Source of the DNA: Eledone cirrhosa
Lineage: Eukaryota
Direction of reading: 5' to 3'
Assembly (NCBI GenBank): GCA_964016885.1
Contig: OZ024740.1
Location: forward strand, 153,450,001 to 153,514,000
DNA: 64,000 nt
The notes below the pieces were generated by a model. The model was not told where the DNA came from. It worked only from the letters and a program-made list of their open reading frames with translations, and made no database searches. Of this stretch, positions 12,861 through 23,820 are shown piece by piece. The position numbers were made by a program, and so were the translations under genes. The stretch's first letter is position 1; each line of letters starts with the position of its first letter.

Positions 12861-15800
12861 GGGATTGACCTCTCTCTCTCTTGGCCTGCTGAAATCGCCT
12901 CTCACCCCCTCACTCTCACTATCATATACGCTGCTCTCACACTCCCCCTCACTCCTTGCCAACCAAATATAAATAAGCCTTGCTACATGGGACTAAACCC
13001 AGAATTTGTCTCCTATTATTGATGGTCGCTTGTTCAGTTTTCTTCTACGAAATGTAACGTACATATCCATTTCTTCTCAACTCTCCACATTCGGTTCATT
13101 CATCTATATATCTTACAATCGCTCAGAATCAAAAAATCGTATTCAAAATTGGCTTTCTATAATTCTGTTCTGTCTCACCGTTGTTCTAAAAATAATTCTG
13201 CAAACTACCTCAAACTACCTCGCAAACTACCCCATACCCCTCCCTCTGGCCCCCACTCTCCACCTTATTATTTGGACCAATCACAAGTAAACGACCTATG
13301 CTAGCACTTCTGGTTGCTTTTTCGATATGATGGATGAACTAGGGAATTTCTGGAGAGTCAGAAGAATCTGGACACCCGAAGACAATGCAAAAGATAACGA
13401 CAAATTCACCTCATGCTGCCGGACGAAAGGGCAAAGCCCCACCTTCTTTATTGCAGCCGCGGATGGCCAACATAACCCCAACCCCATCAACCACACCCCT
13501 CCCTGCACCCCACCCACCAAACGTAATCCAAAACTTCAGAGTTGGTACCATGAATGTAGGGACCTTAAAATGCCGCTCAAACGAGGTTGTAGAAATGCTT
13601 GAACGTAAGGAGGTTGATGTCTGCTGCATCCAAGAGACCAGGTGGAGAGGCGGGTCTGCTAGATTCATTGTGGGTAAAAAACGATGCTATAAGCTTTTCT
13701 GGGTGGGAAATGACAATGGGCTGGGTGGGGTAGGAATCATGTTAGCAGAAAAATGGGTGGATAAGATAATAGACGTAAATAGAGTAAACGACAGAATAAT
13801 TAAAATAAGACTTGTTCTAAATAGAACTACTGTGACGATAATATCTGCGTACGCACCCCAATCCGGACTGCCTGGCGCTATAAAAGACACTTTCTATGAG
13901 ACACTGATGCTCACTACCTCCCAAATAACCGACGGTGACTATATAATTATTGCTGGCGACCTAAATGGTCACGTTGGACAACATTGTGATGGCTATGATG
14001 AAATCCATGGAGGCTATGGGTTTGGTACTAGAAATGAGGAAGGCTCCAGAATCCTGGAATTCTGTGACGCAAATAACCTAACAATCTGTAACACTAACTT
14101 CAAAAAACGAGACAATCACTTGATCACCTACAGATCAGGGGAACATACCAGCCAGGTAGATTATATCCTTACCAGAAGACGTGACAGAGTGACTGTTGTA
14201 AACACTAAATCCCTCCCCCATGAAGAATGCACCTCCCAACATAGACTGATAATTAGCGACCTATAGTCAGGACGAGACGTACTCGACAGCAGAAGAGGAC
14301 TATCCTCAAGAGAAAAATATGGAAGCTAAAGGACACCACAGCCAGAAATAAATTTCAAAGCATATTACTTGATGCTTTCGACAGTAAGGAAGAGCATTTA
14401 GAGTCGGACAGTGGGAATCCTTGAAAGCAAACCTGCTGATGGTGGCAGACGAAGTCTGGGGCCGGAGCAGGCCTATAGGCAGGAGGAGAGTAACATGGTG
14501 GTGGAACAGTAAGGTGGAGGAGTCGATTAAGGCCAAAAAGCAGGCTTGGAAAATATGGCGGGATGGGGGAAGTAGAGAAGACTATCAAGTGGCCAGGAGG
14601 GAAGCTAGGAGACAAGTGTACTTCGCAAGAAGGGAAGCAGAGGAAAGAAAGTTCAAGCATGTTCTACAACGCGAGGACCAAAAACGTGAGGTGTTCAGGA
14701 TTGCTAGGCAATGTGTCAAGGAAAACCGTGATATTGTTGGGGAGAAGTGTGTACTAAATGATGATGGCATGCTCGCCATCACTGACGCTGATAAGAAGGT
14801 CGCTTGGAAGTGTCACTACGAGAGGCTACTAAATGAGGAGAATAAATGGGAGAAGGATAGTCTCCCCCAGATCGATCCAATAGAGGGACCAGCAGTGTTA
14901 GTTGAAGGTAGTATAATAAGTAAGGCAATCAAAGATATGAAGACGGGTAAGGCGGCTGGGCCTTCGGAAATAGTTGCCGAGATGCTGAAGGCCTCTGGAA
15001 CGGTGGGACACACCATGGTCACCCGGATAGTAAACCAAGTCATACAGAATGGGGTGGTTCCGAAGGACTGGCGTAGCAGCATCATCATTAACTGTTACAA
15101 GGGTAAAGGAGACGCCCTAGATAGGAGTAACTATAGAGGGATTAAATTAATCGACCAGGTCATGAAGGTCACGGAAAAAGTAATAGTGCAACTAATCAGA
15201 GAGAGAATTGATCTAGATGAAATGCAGTTCGGGTTTGTGTCAGGCAAAAGTACCACAGACGCTCTTTTCATTGTACGGCAACTACAGGAGAAGTACCTAG
15301 CTAAAAGTAAACCCCTATACTTAGCCTTTGTCGACTTGGAGAAAGCCTTCGACAGAGTCCCCCGTTCCATTATCTGGTGGGCTCTTAGAAAACTAGGTGT
15401 TGACGAATGGCTTGTGAGAGCTATACAAGCCATGTATAAAGAAACAGTGAGCAAGGTTAGAATTAACAACGAATATAGTGAAGAGTTTAGCGTAAAAGCT
15501 GGTGTCCATCAGGGCTCTGTTCTTAGCCACCTACTATTCATTATTGCTCTTCAGGCTATAACAGAGGAGTTCAAAACCGGCTGCCCATGGGAACTCCTAT
15601 ACGCAGATGACCTAACGCTCATAGCTGAATCAATGGCCGAGCTAGAGAAGAAATTCCAAACATGGAAGCATGGCCTAGAATCAAAAGGCCTTAAAATTAA
15701 CATGGCTAAGACTAAAGTTCTAGTTTGTAGGAAAGAAAATAAGGCGCCGGTCCCTTCCGGGAAATGGCCATGCTCGGTGTGTAGGAAAGGCGTAGGTAGA

Positions 15801-17052
15801 AACTCCATTTTATGTCCCAAATGCAAAGTATGGGTGCATAAAAGATGTAGTGGGATCACAGGTAAGCTAACTAAGAACATAGATTTTACATGTGGCCGGT
15901 GCTCTGGTGCAATAAGTAGCAGCAAGTGCCCACAAAATACTAGCTCTTTCAACTGCGCAGAGGGTTCTATAGAAATAGTGGACAGCTTCCGTTACCTGGG
16001 TGACAAAATCAGGAGTGGGGGAGGGTGCTCCGAAAGTACAGTAGCTAGAGTCAGAACTGGATGGAAAAAGTTCAGAGAGCTTATACCACTATTAGCCGCT
16101 AAAGGGTTCTCCATAAAAATGAAAGGCAGGTTGTATGATGCCTGCATACGAACAGCAATGTTGCATGGCAGTGAGACCTGGGCATTGTGTGCAGAGGATA
16201 TACACAGACTAAAGAGGAACGAAGCTTGCATGCTCCGCTGGATGTGTAATAGTAATATACGCGAACGGCAAAGCATTAACGAACTAAGGAAAAAATTAGA
16301 AATAAGAGGGATCAGATGTTTACTCGAGAGAAGGCTACGTTGGTATGGTCACGTGATGCACATGAAAGACGACAGCTGTATAGCAAAGTGCAGGGCAATA
16401 AAGATAGACGGTAGCCACAGAGTAGGCAGACCCAGAAAAACCTGGGACGAGCTGATAAATTCCGACCTCACACACTTACACCTCTCCAAGACAATGTCAC
16501 TGGACCGAGACCTTTGGCGGTACTCAGTAATAGAGAAGACCCGCCTTGCCTAAATACAAAGTAAAATCTACTACAGTCAGTAGGCATCTCTAACAAAATA
16601 CACCCCGTCCCACCACCCCCACCCCATCCACACCGCCCCTTTCAATGTAAAGTTATGTTGGTGCCACGAAATCCAGGCCGAAACAAATGAGATCGTGTAG
16701 GTGTCACGACAAAAAGAACACACAGTCCACGCTGTAATGTGACCGTGTAGGCAACACGGTAAAAACCTCCCAGTCCCACACTGTAAATGTGGTTGGTGTT
16801 AGGAAGGGAATCCAGCTGTAGAAAACCTGCCAAACAGTCCACGCTGTAATGTGGCCGTGTAGGCAACACAGTAAAAACCTCCCAGCCCCACACTGTAAAT
16901 GTGGTTGGTGTTAGGAAGGGCATCCAACTGTAGAAAACCCGCCAGACAGTCCTATGCGAGCAAGACAACCACTCTTGCCTCAAGTGGGAAAACTCCCGTC
17001 CAAACCCATGCAAGCATGGAACACGGACGTTAAACGATGATGATGATGATGA
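12861..17052 (+). mobile_element. Near full-length RTE-clade non-LTR retrotransposon (LINE), antisense to the host gene
   Basis: 5' UTR, APE endonuclease, RT, ~500-bp 3' UTR and (TGA)n tail. Both flanks are (TA)-rich microsatellite. Confidence 0.92.
13385..16553 (+). pseudogene. LINE ORF (APE endonuclease + reverse transcriptase + PHD-like finger) broken by two frameshifts
   Basis: APE motifs TMNVGTL, IQETRW, SAYAPQ, GDLNGHVG, QVDYIL and SQHRLI. A third frame at 14263-14410 bridges the two ORFs (..RKIWKLKD..). RT motifs NYRGIKL, QFGF, FVDLEKAFD, HQGSVLS, YADD and FRYLG, then the RTE C-terminal RLRWYGHV..GRPRKTW. Confidence 0.9.
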
Positions 17053-17163
17053 TTATATATATATATTATATTATATATTATATATATAATATTATATATA
17101 TATATATTATATATTATACTATATATTATATATTATATATTATACTATATTATATATATATAT

Positions 17164-17207
<44 letters not shown>

Positions 17208-17525
17208 ATATAATATATTATATTATATATATATTATATTATATATATTATATTATATATATATATTATATAATATATTATATTATATATATATTATATT
17301 ATATAATATATTATATTATATATATATATATTATATTATATATTATATATAATATATTATATATATTATATTATATATATTATATTATATTATACATATA
17401 TTATATATATTATATTATATATATATTATATTATATATATATTATATTATATATATATATATATATATATATTTTATTATATATATTATATATATTTTAT
17501 TATATATATTATATATATATATATA
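17053..17525. repeat. (TA)n/(TTATA)n microsatellite
   Basis: Direct inspection. Confidence 0.95.
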
Positions 17526-17526
17526 A

Positions 17527-17702
17527 GGGCGGTGGATTGGCAGTATCAGTAGACAGTCGGACGCCATGCTTTCCGGCATAGTTACGTCCCTTTACGGTCT
17601 GAGTTCAAATCCCGCCGAGGTTAACTTTGCCTTACGGGGTCGATAAAATAAAGTACCAGTAATGTACTGGGTAATTGCTGGCCTTGTGCCAAGAGTAGAA
17701 AC

Positions 17703-17706
<4 letters not shown>
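17527..17706 (+). mobile_element. SINE family A inside a (TA)n array
   Basis: Consensus match with a small internal deletion. Confidence 0.85.
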
Positions 17707-17751
<45 letters not shown>

Positions 17752-19001
17752 GTATATATATATGAGCTCTAGCCGTTTCGACAGCTATATCTAGCTGTCA
17801 AGACGGCCGGAGCTCAGCCGTCAGGGTCCTGAACCTTTTTCCTACACACACACACATATATATATATATATTATTCTTTCTCATTAATATTCACATAAAA
17901 ATTAATAATCATGTATAATTATTAAACATTTTTTTACCCAATTTATTTTTTGAGAGAAAGGCCACAAATTTCATATAGCTTAGGGTTTCAGCACGTGAAA
18001 GTTCGCCTCTTGAAAAAAAGAGAAGGGCACATTAATAATGTAGCCCTTGCGAACTTTTAAAAAGATGCGATATCATCCTCTATTTACTTCTGCTTTCCAT
18101 GTTGGTAATTGTTCGATGGGTTTTCTATGTCAGAGTAGAACGGCTAGTGAATGATGTCTTGCTAAAACATTCTATATTTTGGCATGGCTTCTACTGACAG
18201 ATGCTCAGAATATACTAAATGCTATTATAATGTCACTAACACTTTACAGAGGTACATTTCTTCATGGCACCAACAGCACTATTTTACAGAGTGTACTAGG
18301 TACATTTGATCTGGGCATCAGTCAGAGAGGTTGTTATATTTTTGACCAAATAAATATATTAAGTCTGTCTTCAGCTTAAAGCTCACCAAGCTAGAGATTA
18401 TACTGGTTTCATAAAGTGTCAGACAACTGAAGTTTCAAAACTCTACCCTATGTGGAATGTCTCTAAAATCTGTCTCAAGCCTGGAGGCTCATTAAGCCGA
18501 TGTTTATCCCAGTTTCCTTGAGGTTAACTGAAGTAGAAAATAGCCTCTGGACTCAATGCCAGTCTATTGCAAGGTTAAAACCCCAGTTACTGCAGGTACT
18601 CATTTCTAATACTCAGTATATAAGAGCAAAGAGGAAGTAAAGTATTTTTCTCCAAGAACACAACACACAGCCTGATCCAGGTATCAAACTAACAACATTA
18701 TAATCGTAATTCCAACTGAGTGAGATACCACTATGGCTAATAAATAAAGATATAAAAGAAAGAAAAAAAGATGGAATGACCATGCTTAGGACATATTTGA
18801 TCATATGTCTGCTGAATCAGTGTTGACCTGGAAATAAGCAACAACAACATCAATAACTTATAGATTATAGCTTATCTAGTTCTCAGTATATAATACTATA
18901 GTTTACACTACATTAAAGTCAAGAACAGAAAGAAACAAATCTGTTTCACCAGAGATTTGTTTATATTAAAAGTTGAACTTTGAAAGTCACAAGTAACTTA
19001 C

Positions 19002-19063
19002 TTTTTCTGCTTCATCATTTTTACCTAGCAAACCATAGACAATCCCTAGATTCAGGTAAGCCA
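19002..19063 (-). CDS. TMTC2: TMTC2-like 62-bp exon (TPR)
   Basis: ttttttcttgcag|TG GCT TAC CTG AAT CTA GGG ... GAA AAA|gtaagt = (M)AYLNLGIVYGLLGKNDEAEK. Phase 1 in and phase 0 out, which joins both neighbouring exons in frame. Confidence 0.9.
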
Positions 19064-19094
19064 CTGCAAGAAAAAACAAAAAAAACAATGATAA

Positions 19095-19295
19095 TGATGA
19101 TTTCTACTATAGGCCAGCAATTTGGGGAGAGGGGAAAGTCGATTAAATTGACCCCAGTGCATTACTGATGCTTCATTTTATCAACCCTGTAAGGATGAAA
19201 AACAAAGCTTAACCTTGGCAGGATTTGAACTCAGAACGTAAAGGGCCACAAAGCATAGTGTCTGAGCTCTACAGTTACTACCAATCCACTACCCT
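19095..19295 (-). mobile_element. SINE family A, long subfamily
   Basis: Carries the extra ggggagaggggaaagtcgattaaattgacccc segment. Lies ~30 bp from the acceptor of the 62-bp exon. Confidence 0.75.
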
Positions 19296-20416
19296 AACGA
19301 TGATGATAATAGTAATAGTTTCTGATTTTGGCACAAGCCCAATAATTTTTGGGGTTGGGAGACGATTGTTTTAACTCTTTCTAATTTAAGTACAAAGCCA
19401 ACACGTTTGAGGGTAGGGGAATGCACATAAGATTGACCTCAGTTCTTTGTTTTTTTTTGTTTTAGTTTTATCAATCATGGTGAAAGAAATTTAACCATGA
19501 CAGAACAAATACTAGATAGAATTTTATCTGATGCTCTTTTCTGTCAATTCAATGCGTGACATAACAACAACAATAAAGGGACACTACATGGAGAGGTATT
19601 AAATATTGGTGCATTGGATGAAGGTATATTGAAATAAAATTAGTGAGAAAAAGGGAGTGGCAGTGAAATAATACAGTTTACAAAATTTTATAATGTAGGG
19701 CCAATCAAAGAACCCTAAACATTCAGGATTACCCTAATTACCAAGGGCAAGTACTCTCCCACAGCTGTCATACATAAGCCATCATACATAAGCCTACAGT
19801 TACTTGCTGAGATTAGACCCATTAAATCAGGCTAGGCTTGCCACTTTTAGTCACAATTTTGATGAATGTATTAGAGGACAGTTCTAATAAAAGAAGGATG
19901 CATTCAATAATGTAGTCCTGAGTGCACAGTGCTGAGGAAAAGATGTAATGACCATGGAAGGAAATCCTTTGATCTCAGATTTGCTTATTCAGAATTGACT
20001 TAGACCAAACAACATCATTACTAATTAGACAATAAATTAATGAAATCCTCTATATGAGCATTCTATCAGCCGAAAATGGCACGCAAACCTCACACAAATT
20101 ACTTCTTACTAACTTAAAAAGAATAACACAACGGATAATGAAGTCCAAGATGCAGTGTCTGAGACAGGGTGGAATAATTACAGTTAGAATGTATCTGACC
20201 ACAAGCCTGCTTAATTAGGGCTGGCATGAATTCTAAATAAGAATAATTAATAACATATAGCAAAATTTATAATAAGTAAGATTTAAAACCAAGTTGAAAA
20301 GTTGGCATGCCTAGAACTTTTCTACCTCATTGCAATCAATATCCATAGTTTCAGACATGTTTTTTTTGTTGTTGTTGAATTGGTGTAGTAGATTGACAGT
20401 CAAGATAGACACTTAC

Positions 20417-20502
20417 TTGTGAGTTTTGGACGGCACAAAATTGCTGTCTTGTAGCTCTCTATTGCTTCTTGATAGCGTTGTTGATCTTGTAAGAGAATTC
20501 CT
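20417..20502 (-). CDS. TMTC2: TMTC2-like 86-bp exon (TPR)
   Basis: ccttcatttttcag|A GGA ATT CTC ... CTC ACA A|gtaagt = (L)GILLQDQQRYQEAIESYKTAILCRPKLT(M). Phase 2 in, phase 1 out. Confidence 0.9.
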
Positions 20503-21345
20503 CTGAAAAATGAAGGGAAACATTCATAAAATTAAAATTTAATGAATGGTTTTTAAATGGTTTAGATTGAATAATGCCTATCTCACACAAGGCCATTATT
20601 CCATAGAAGTTCTTGCTTTTATAATGATGTCCCTATATCATTATACAGTCCCAGATAAACGCAGGGTTTGTGAGTGAAAATGGGTAGCTAAAATTGTGAG
20701 GCAGCTCATTGAATTGACTGTACCTTTGTGTGGATGGTAGATACATCTCAGTCAGATTTGATGGTGAGTATTCAGTTGTTTGTGTGACAAAGATGGATTT
20801 TTGAAATATAAATACAATTTATATGATGAGCTTCTGTGTAGTTTCCATCTACACAATTTCATTCAGATGGCTTAAGTCAACCCACAGCTATACAGTTGCT
20901 CAAGATTACCCACAGTGGGTTCAAACTCTGCATTCAAATTTTTACATTTGATAATGCTACCACCTAACCTTTAGGTGCTTCTATTTATTCCACCAGTTTC
21001 AGAAATTCTATAAAGATGCCATGGGTGCTGCTGCTCTTACCCTGATTAAATTACATCAGATAGTCAAAGCAAAACTTTAAATATGCAACAACTTACCAGA
21101 CGAGCGTTCACTCATGTACCAAAAATTCCTGGACAATAAAAAACTCTTGAGATGGTAAATAAAGGATAAAAATACAAAAAGTAAACATCCATGGTAGAGA
21201 GGCCTACTTTTTTAGTTTGTGAAGTATGTTAATTTGGTTAGCCTATGTTGTTCTAGCAAAAGTAAATATATATTTATTTCTTCCAATTCTTTATCTTTAC
21301 TGAAAAGCCATGTTCATGCAACCCACATATAAGAAAAAGGTCAAG

Positions 21346-21525
21346 GATTGGCAATTCTTAAGACCGAGAGGCAGCCATTAGAGTGGCATAGAGTTATAGC
21401 CCTTCTTTACGTTCTGAGTTCAAATGCCACCGAGGTTAACTTTGCCTTTCATGCTTACGGGGTCGATAAAATAAAGTACCAGTAATGCACTGGGATAATT
21501 GCTGGCCTTGTGGTAGAAACAATTA
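21346..21525 (+). mobile_element. SINE family A
   Basis: Diverged head with a consensus body. Confidence 0.78.
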
Positions 21526-21789
21526 TAGAGTATATAAATAAATTTTTTTAGAAAAAATATCACAAAATAGTATTTATCACATTGTGATATTTAATAAATA
21601 AATTCTCCTAAGTGTATTTTCTACAGCTTTTTATATACTTCAACTCATCATAAAATATATTTGATTTAGTTTAAATTATCAAGCTTACAACTTTTGCAGT
21701 TGATTTGCTAAGTTTTGTAATTTAAATTTATGTATTTTTATGAAGTAAATATTAATTATACATCAAAAAGTATCCATTCTTAATCTAGG

Positions 21790-22686
21790 AGAAAAAAAAG
21801 AAGTACTTTGTAAGGTTTAATTACAACCCTACTTCAAAGTAGGCCTCTTGTGCCTCTACACACTTAGCCCAGCAATCATTCCACTGTTCCAAATGTGCCT
21901 ATAATACTTCTGGAAAGGCTCTTAACTCTGTCATTGCTGGCCAAGTGATAGCCTCTCAGCTCTGAAAGTGAAGCCTTTCAATTTTTGCAACAGTCCAAAA
22001 TCAGAAGAACTATATTGGGAAAGTAGAGAGCCTGGCAAATGAATGAAATTCCTTTCTTTGCCAAGAAACCTAGATCAGCTGCGATGAATGGGCCTGGGCT
22101 TTGTCATGATGCACCAGTCAGTTTTGCGAGACCCACAGATCCAGTCACTTATACCAAACTGCATTACAAAGATGTTGGAGAATTTCCCAATAGTACTCTT
22201 TTGTAACTGTCCTTGTGTATATTTGTGACATGCAATGTCTCAGTAGTTGGAATATACAACCAGCATCATTTTGATTTTGCTCTGCACCTGATATACTTTA
22301 GTTTCTAGGTTGTATCTGTACACCAACATCTTATTTCCAGTTATCACAGTATTCAGAGACTGAGGATCCGTGTTGGCAGTAATGGGCAAAATGAAAACAT
22401 GATGAGTAAGTCACATATCTGACAGCAAATGATCAGTGTGCCAAAAACCATGCATTCACAGGGTGGCAAGAGCTGATCTCCAATCACTGAGACGCACAGA
22501 AGAGATGACGAAGAAATGCGATGAGTAGAGAGATGCTGTACTGTAAAGGACCTATCCAACCTATGTGAACATGGAAAAACAGCCATAAAAAGGATGATTA
22601 TGATGATGATGATGATGATGTATGCAGTTCCACTCTACACTCTTTTGTCTCCATAACATCACTGGATACTTTTTAGACACCATGTA
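21790..22686 (-). mobile_element. Mariner transposon relic (C-terminal part)
   Basis: The minus strand encodes FEQWNDCWAKCVEAQEAYFE(V)*, a typical mariner C-terminus. TIR-like sequence near 22660-22686. Confidence 0.6.
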
Positions 22687-22700
22687 TTTATATATATATT

Positions 22701-23820
22701 CTAGCATTAAAGCCCGGCGTTGCTCGGGGTCAGTAAGTTACCAAAGTTAGGTTGCACCACCCATTTTATGGCAGGACTTTTTTGTCTGCCAAGCACTGGG
22801 TGAATGAATTGCAGACCTGGACTGCTGAAGCAGGAGCTGCGCCAGCAGTGACAATTGTAGTTTCGCCTATGGATATTACCTGTGCAAAAAGTGTTGAAAT
22901 TTATTGTTTCACAGTACTTGCGCAACACGCGCGCGTAGACGATGCCAGCCGAACAACAGAGCTGATAGAGTTGTTCTGCATGGTTGTCTAATGTGTGTTT
23001 TCTAAATTTAAGACAGTAGGGAGGGGTGTGATATGGGGGAGAGTTAGCTGCTGTTTCTAGCAGGTTTAGTGACCTCATAGAGGATGTGTTTTCTAAATTT
23101 AAGACAGTAGGGAGTGATGTGATATGGGGAAGAGTTAGCTGCTGTTTCTAGCAGGTTTAGTGACCACCTAGAGGATATTATTGTGCATAGTAAATGAACT
23201 GATACTTCTTTCTTCCACGTTCGTTGATAGATGTTTTAAAAAAGATTTATCGCTATTTTTTTTTGTTGTTGAATAAATTTATCTGTTGCTTTTGAATATG
23301 GGGGAGAGTTAGCTGCTGTTTCTAGCAGGTTTAGTGACATCATAGAGGATATTATTGTGTATAGTAAATGAACTGATACTTCTTTCTTCCACGTTCGTTG
23401 ATAGATGTTTTAAAAAAGATTTATCGCTATTTTTTTTGTTGTTGAATACATTTATTGGTTGCTTTTGAATAATTGTTGTTTCGTATGAAATGTAATAAGT
23501 TCTCTTTGTCATTGAAGTAAATAAATGTTTGACCGTTCCACACTCAAAAACAAACGTTCTTTCTCTCTCTCTTTCAAAGTTTAAGGGGAGTAGAGAGAGG
23601 TAATCAGATTCTAATAGAGGGGTAAAGCGTAATTTATTTAGTTTTATCGATTATTTCCATAATTGTGGGTGAGTGTGAATGAAATAAATAGTCGATGACC
23701 TAAGTTAGACCATTTACAACATTCTTACAGACTGAGTCGAATCGGTTTGAAATTGTGCAAATGTATAAACATGGAACATGCACACACACACAACAACAAC
23801 AATCTGCCTTTTATAGATGA
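22701..23820 (-). mobile_element. Non-autonomous Helitron, same 3' terminus as 8795-9443 but a different interior
   Basis: Plus-strand ctagcattaaagcccggcgttgctcggggtca (hairpin + CTAG) and a TC 5' end at 23820. Internal duplications at 22995-23460. Confidence 0.72.

Noticed and set aside
12861-13384. HDV-like ribozyme or ORF1 at the LINE 5' end
   Set aside because: The nested double pseudoknot could not be built by eye, and the short ORFs there have no recognisable motifs.
14255-14420. Programmed frameshift or separate ORF1/ORF2 organisation of the LINE
   Set aside because: APE and RT belong to one ORF in RTE elements. Two separate shifts without a slippery site point to mutation or sequencing error.
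14816-16276. Series of minus-strand ORFs of 90-133 aa
   Set aside because: Antisense shadows of the LINE ORF.
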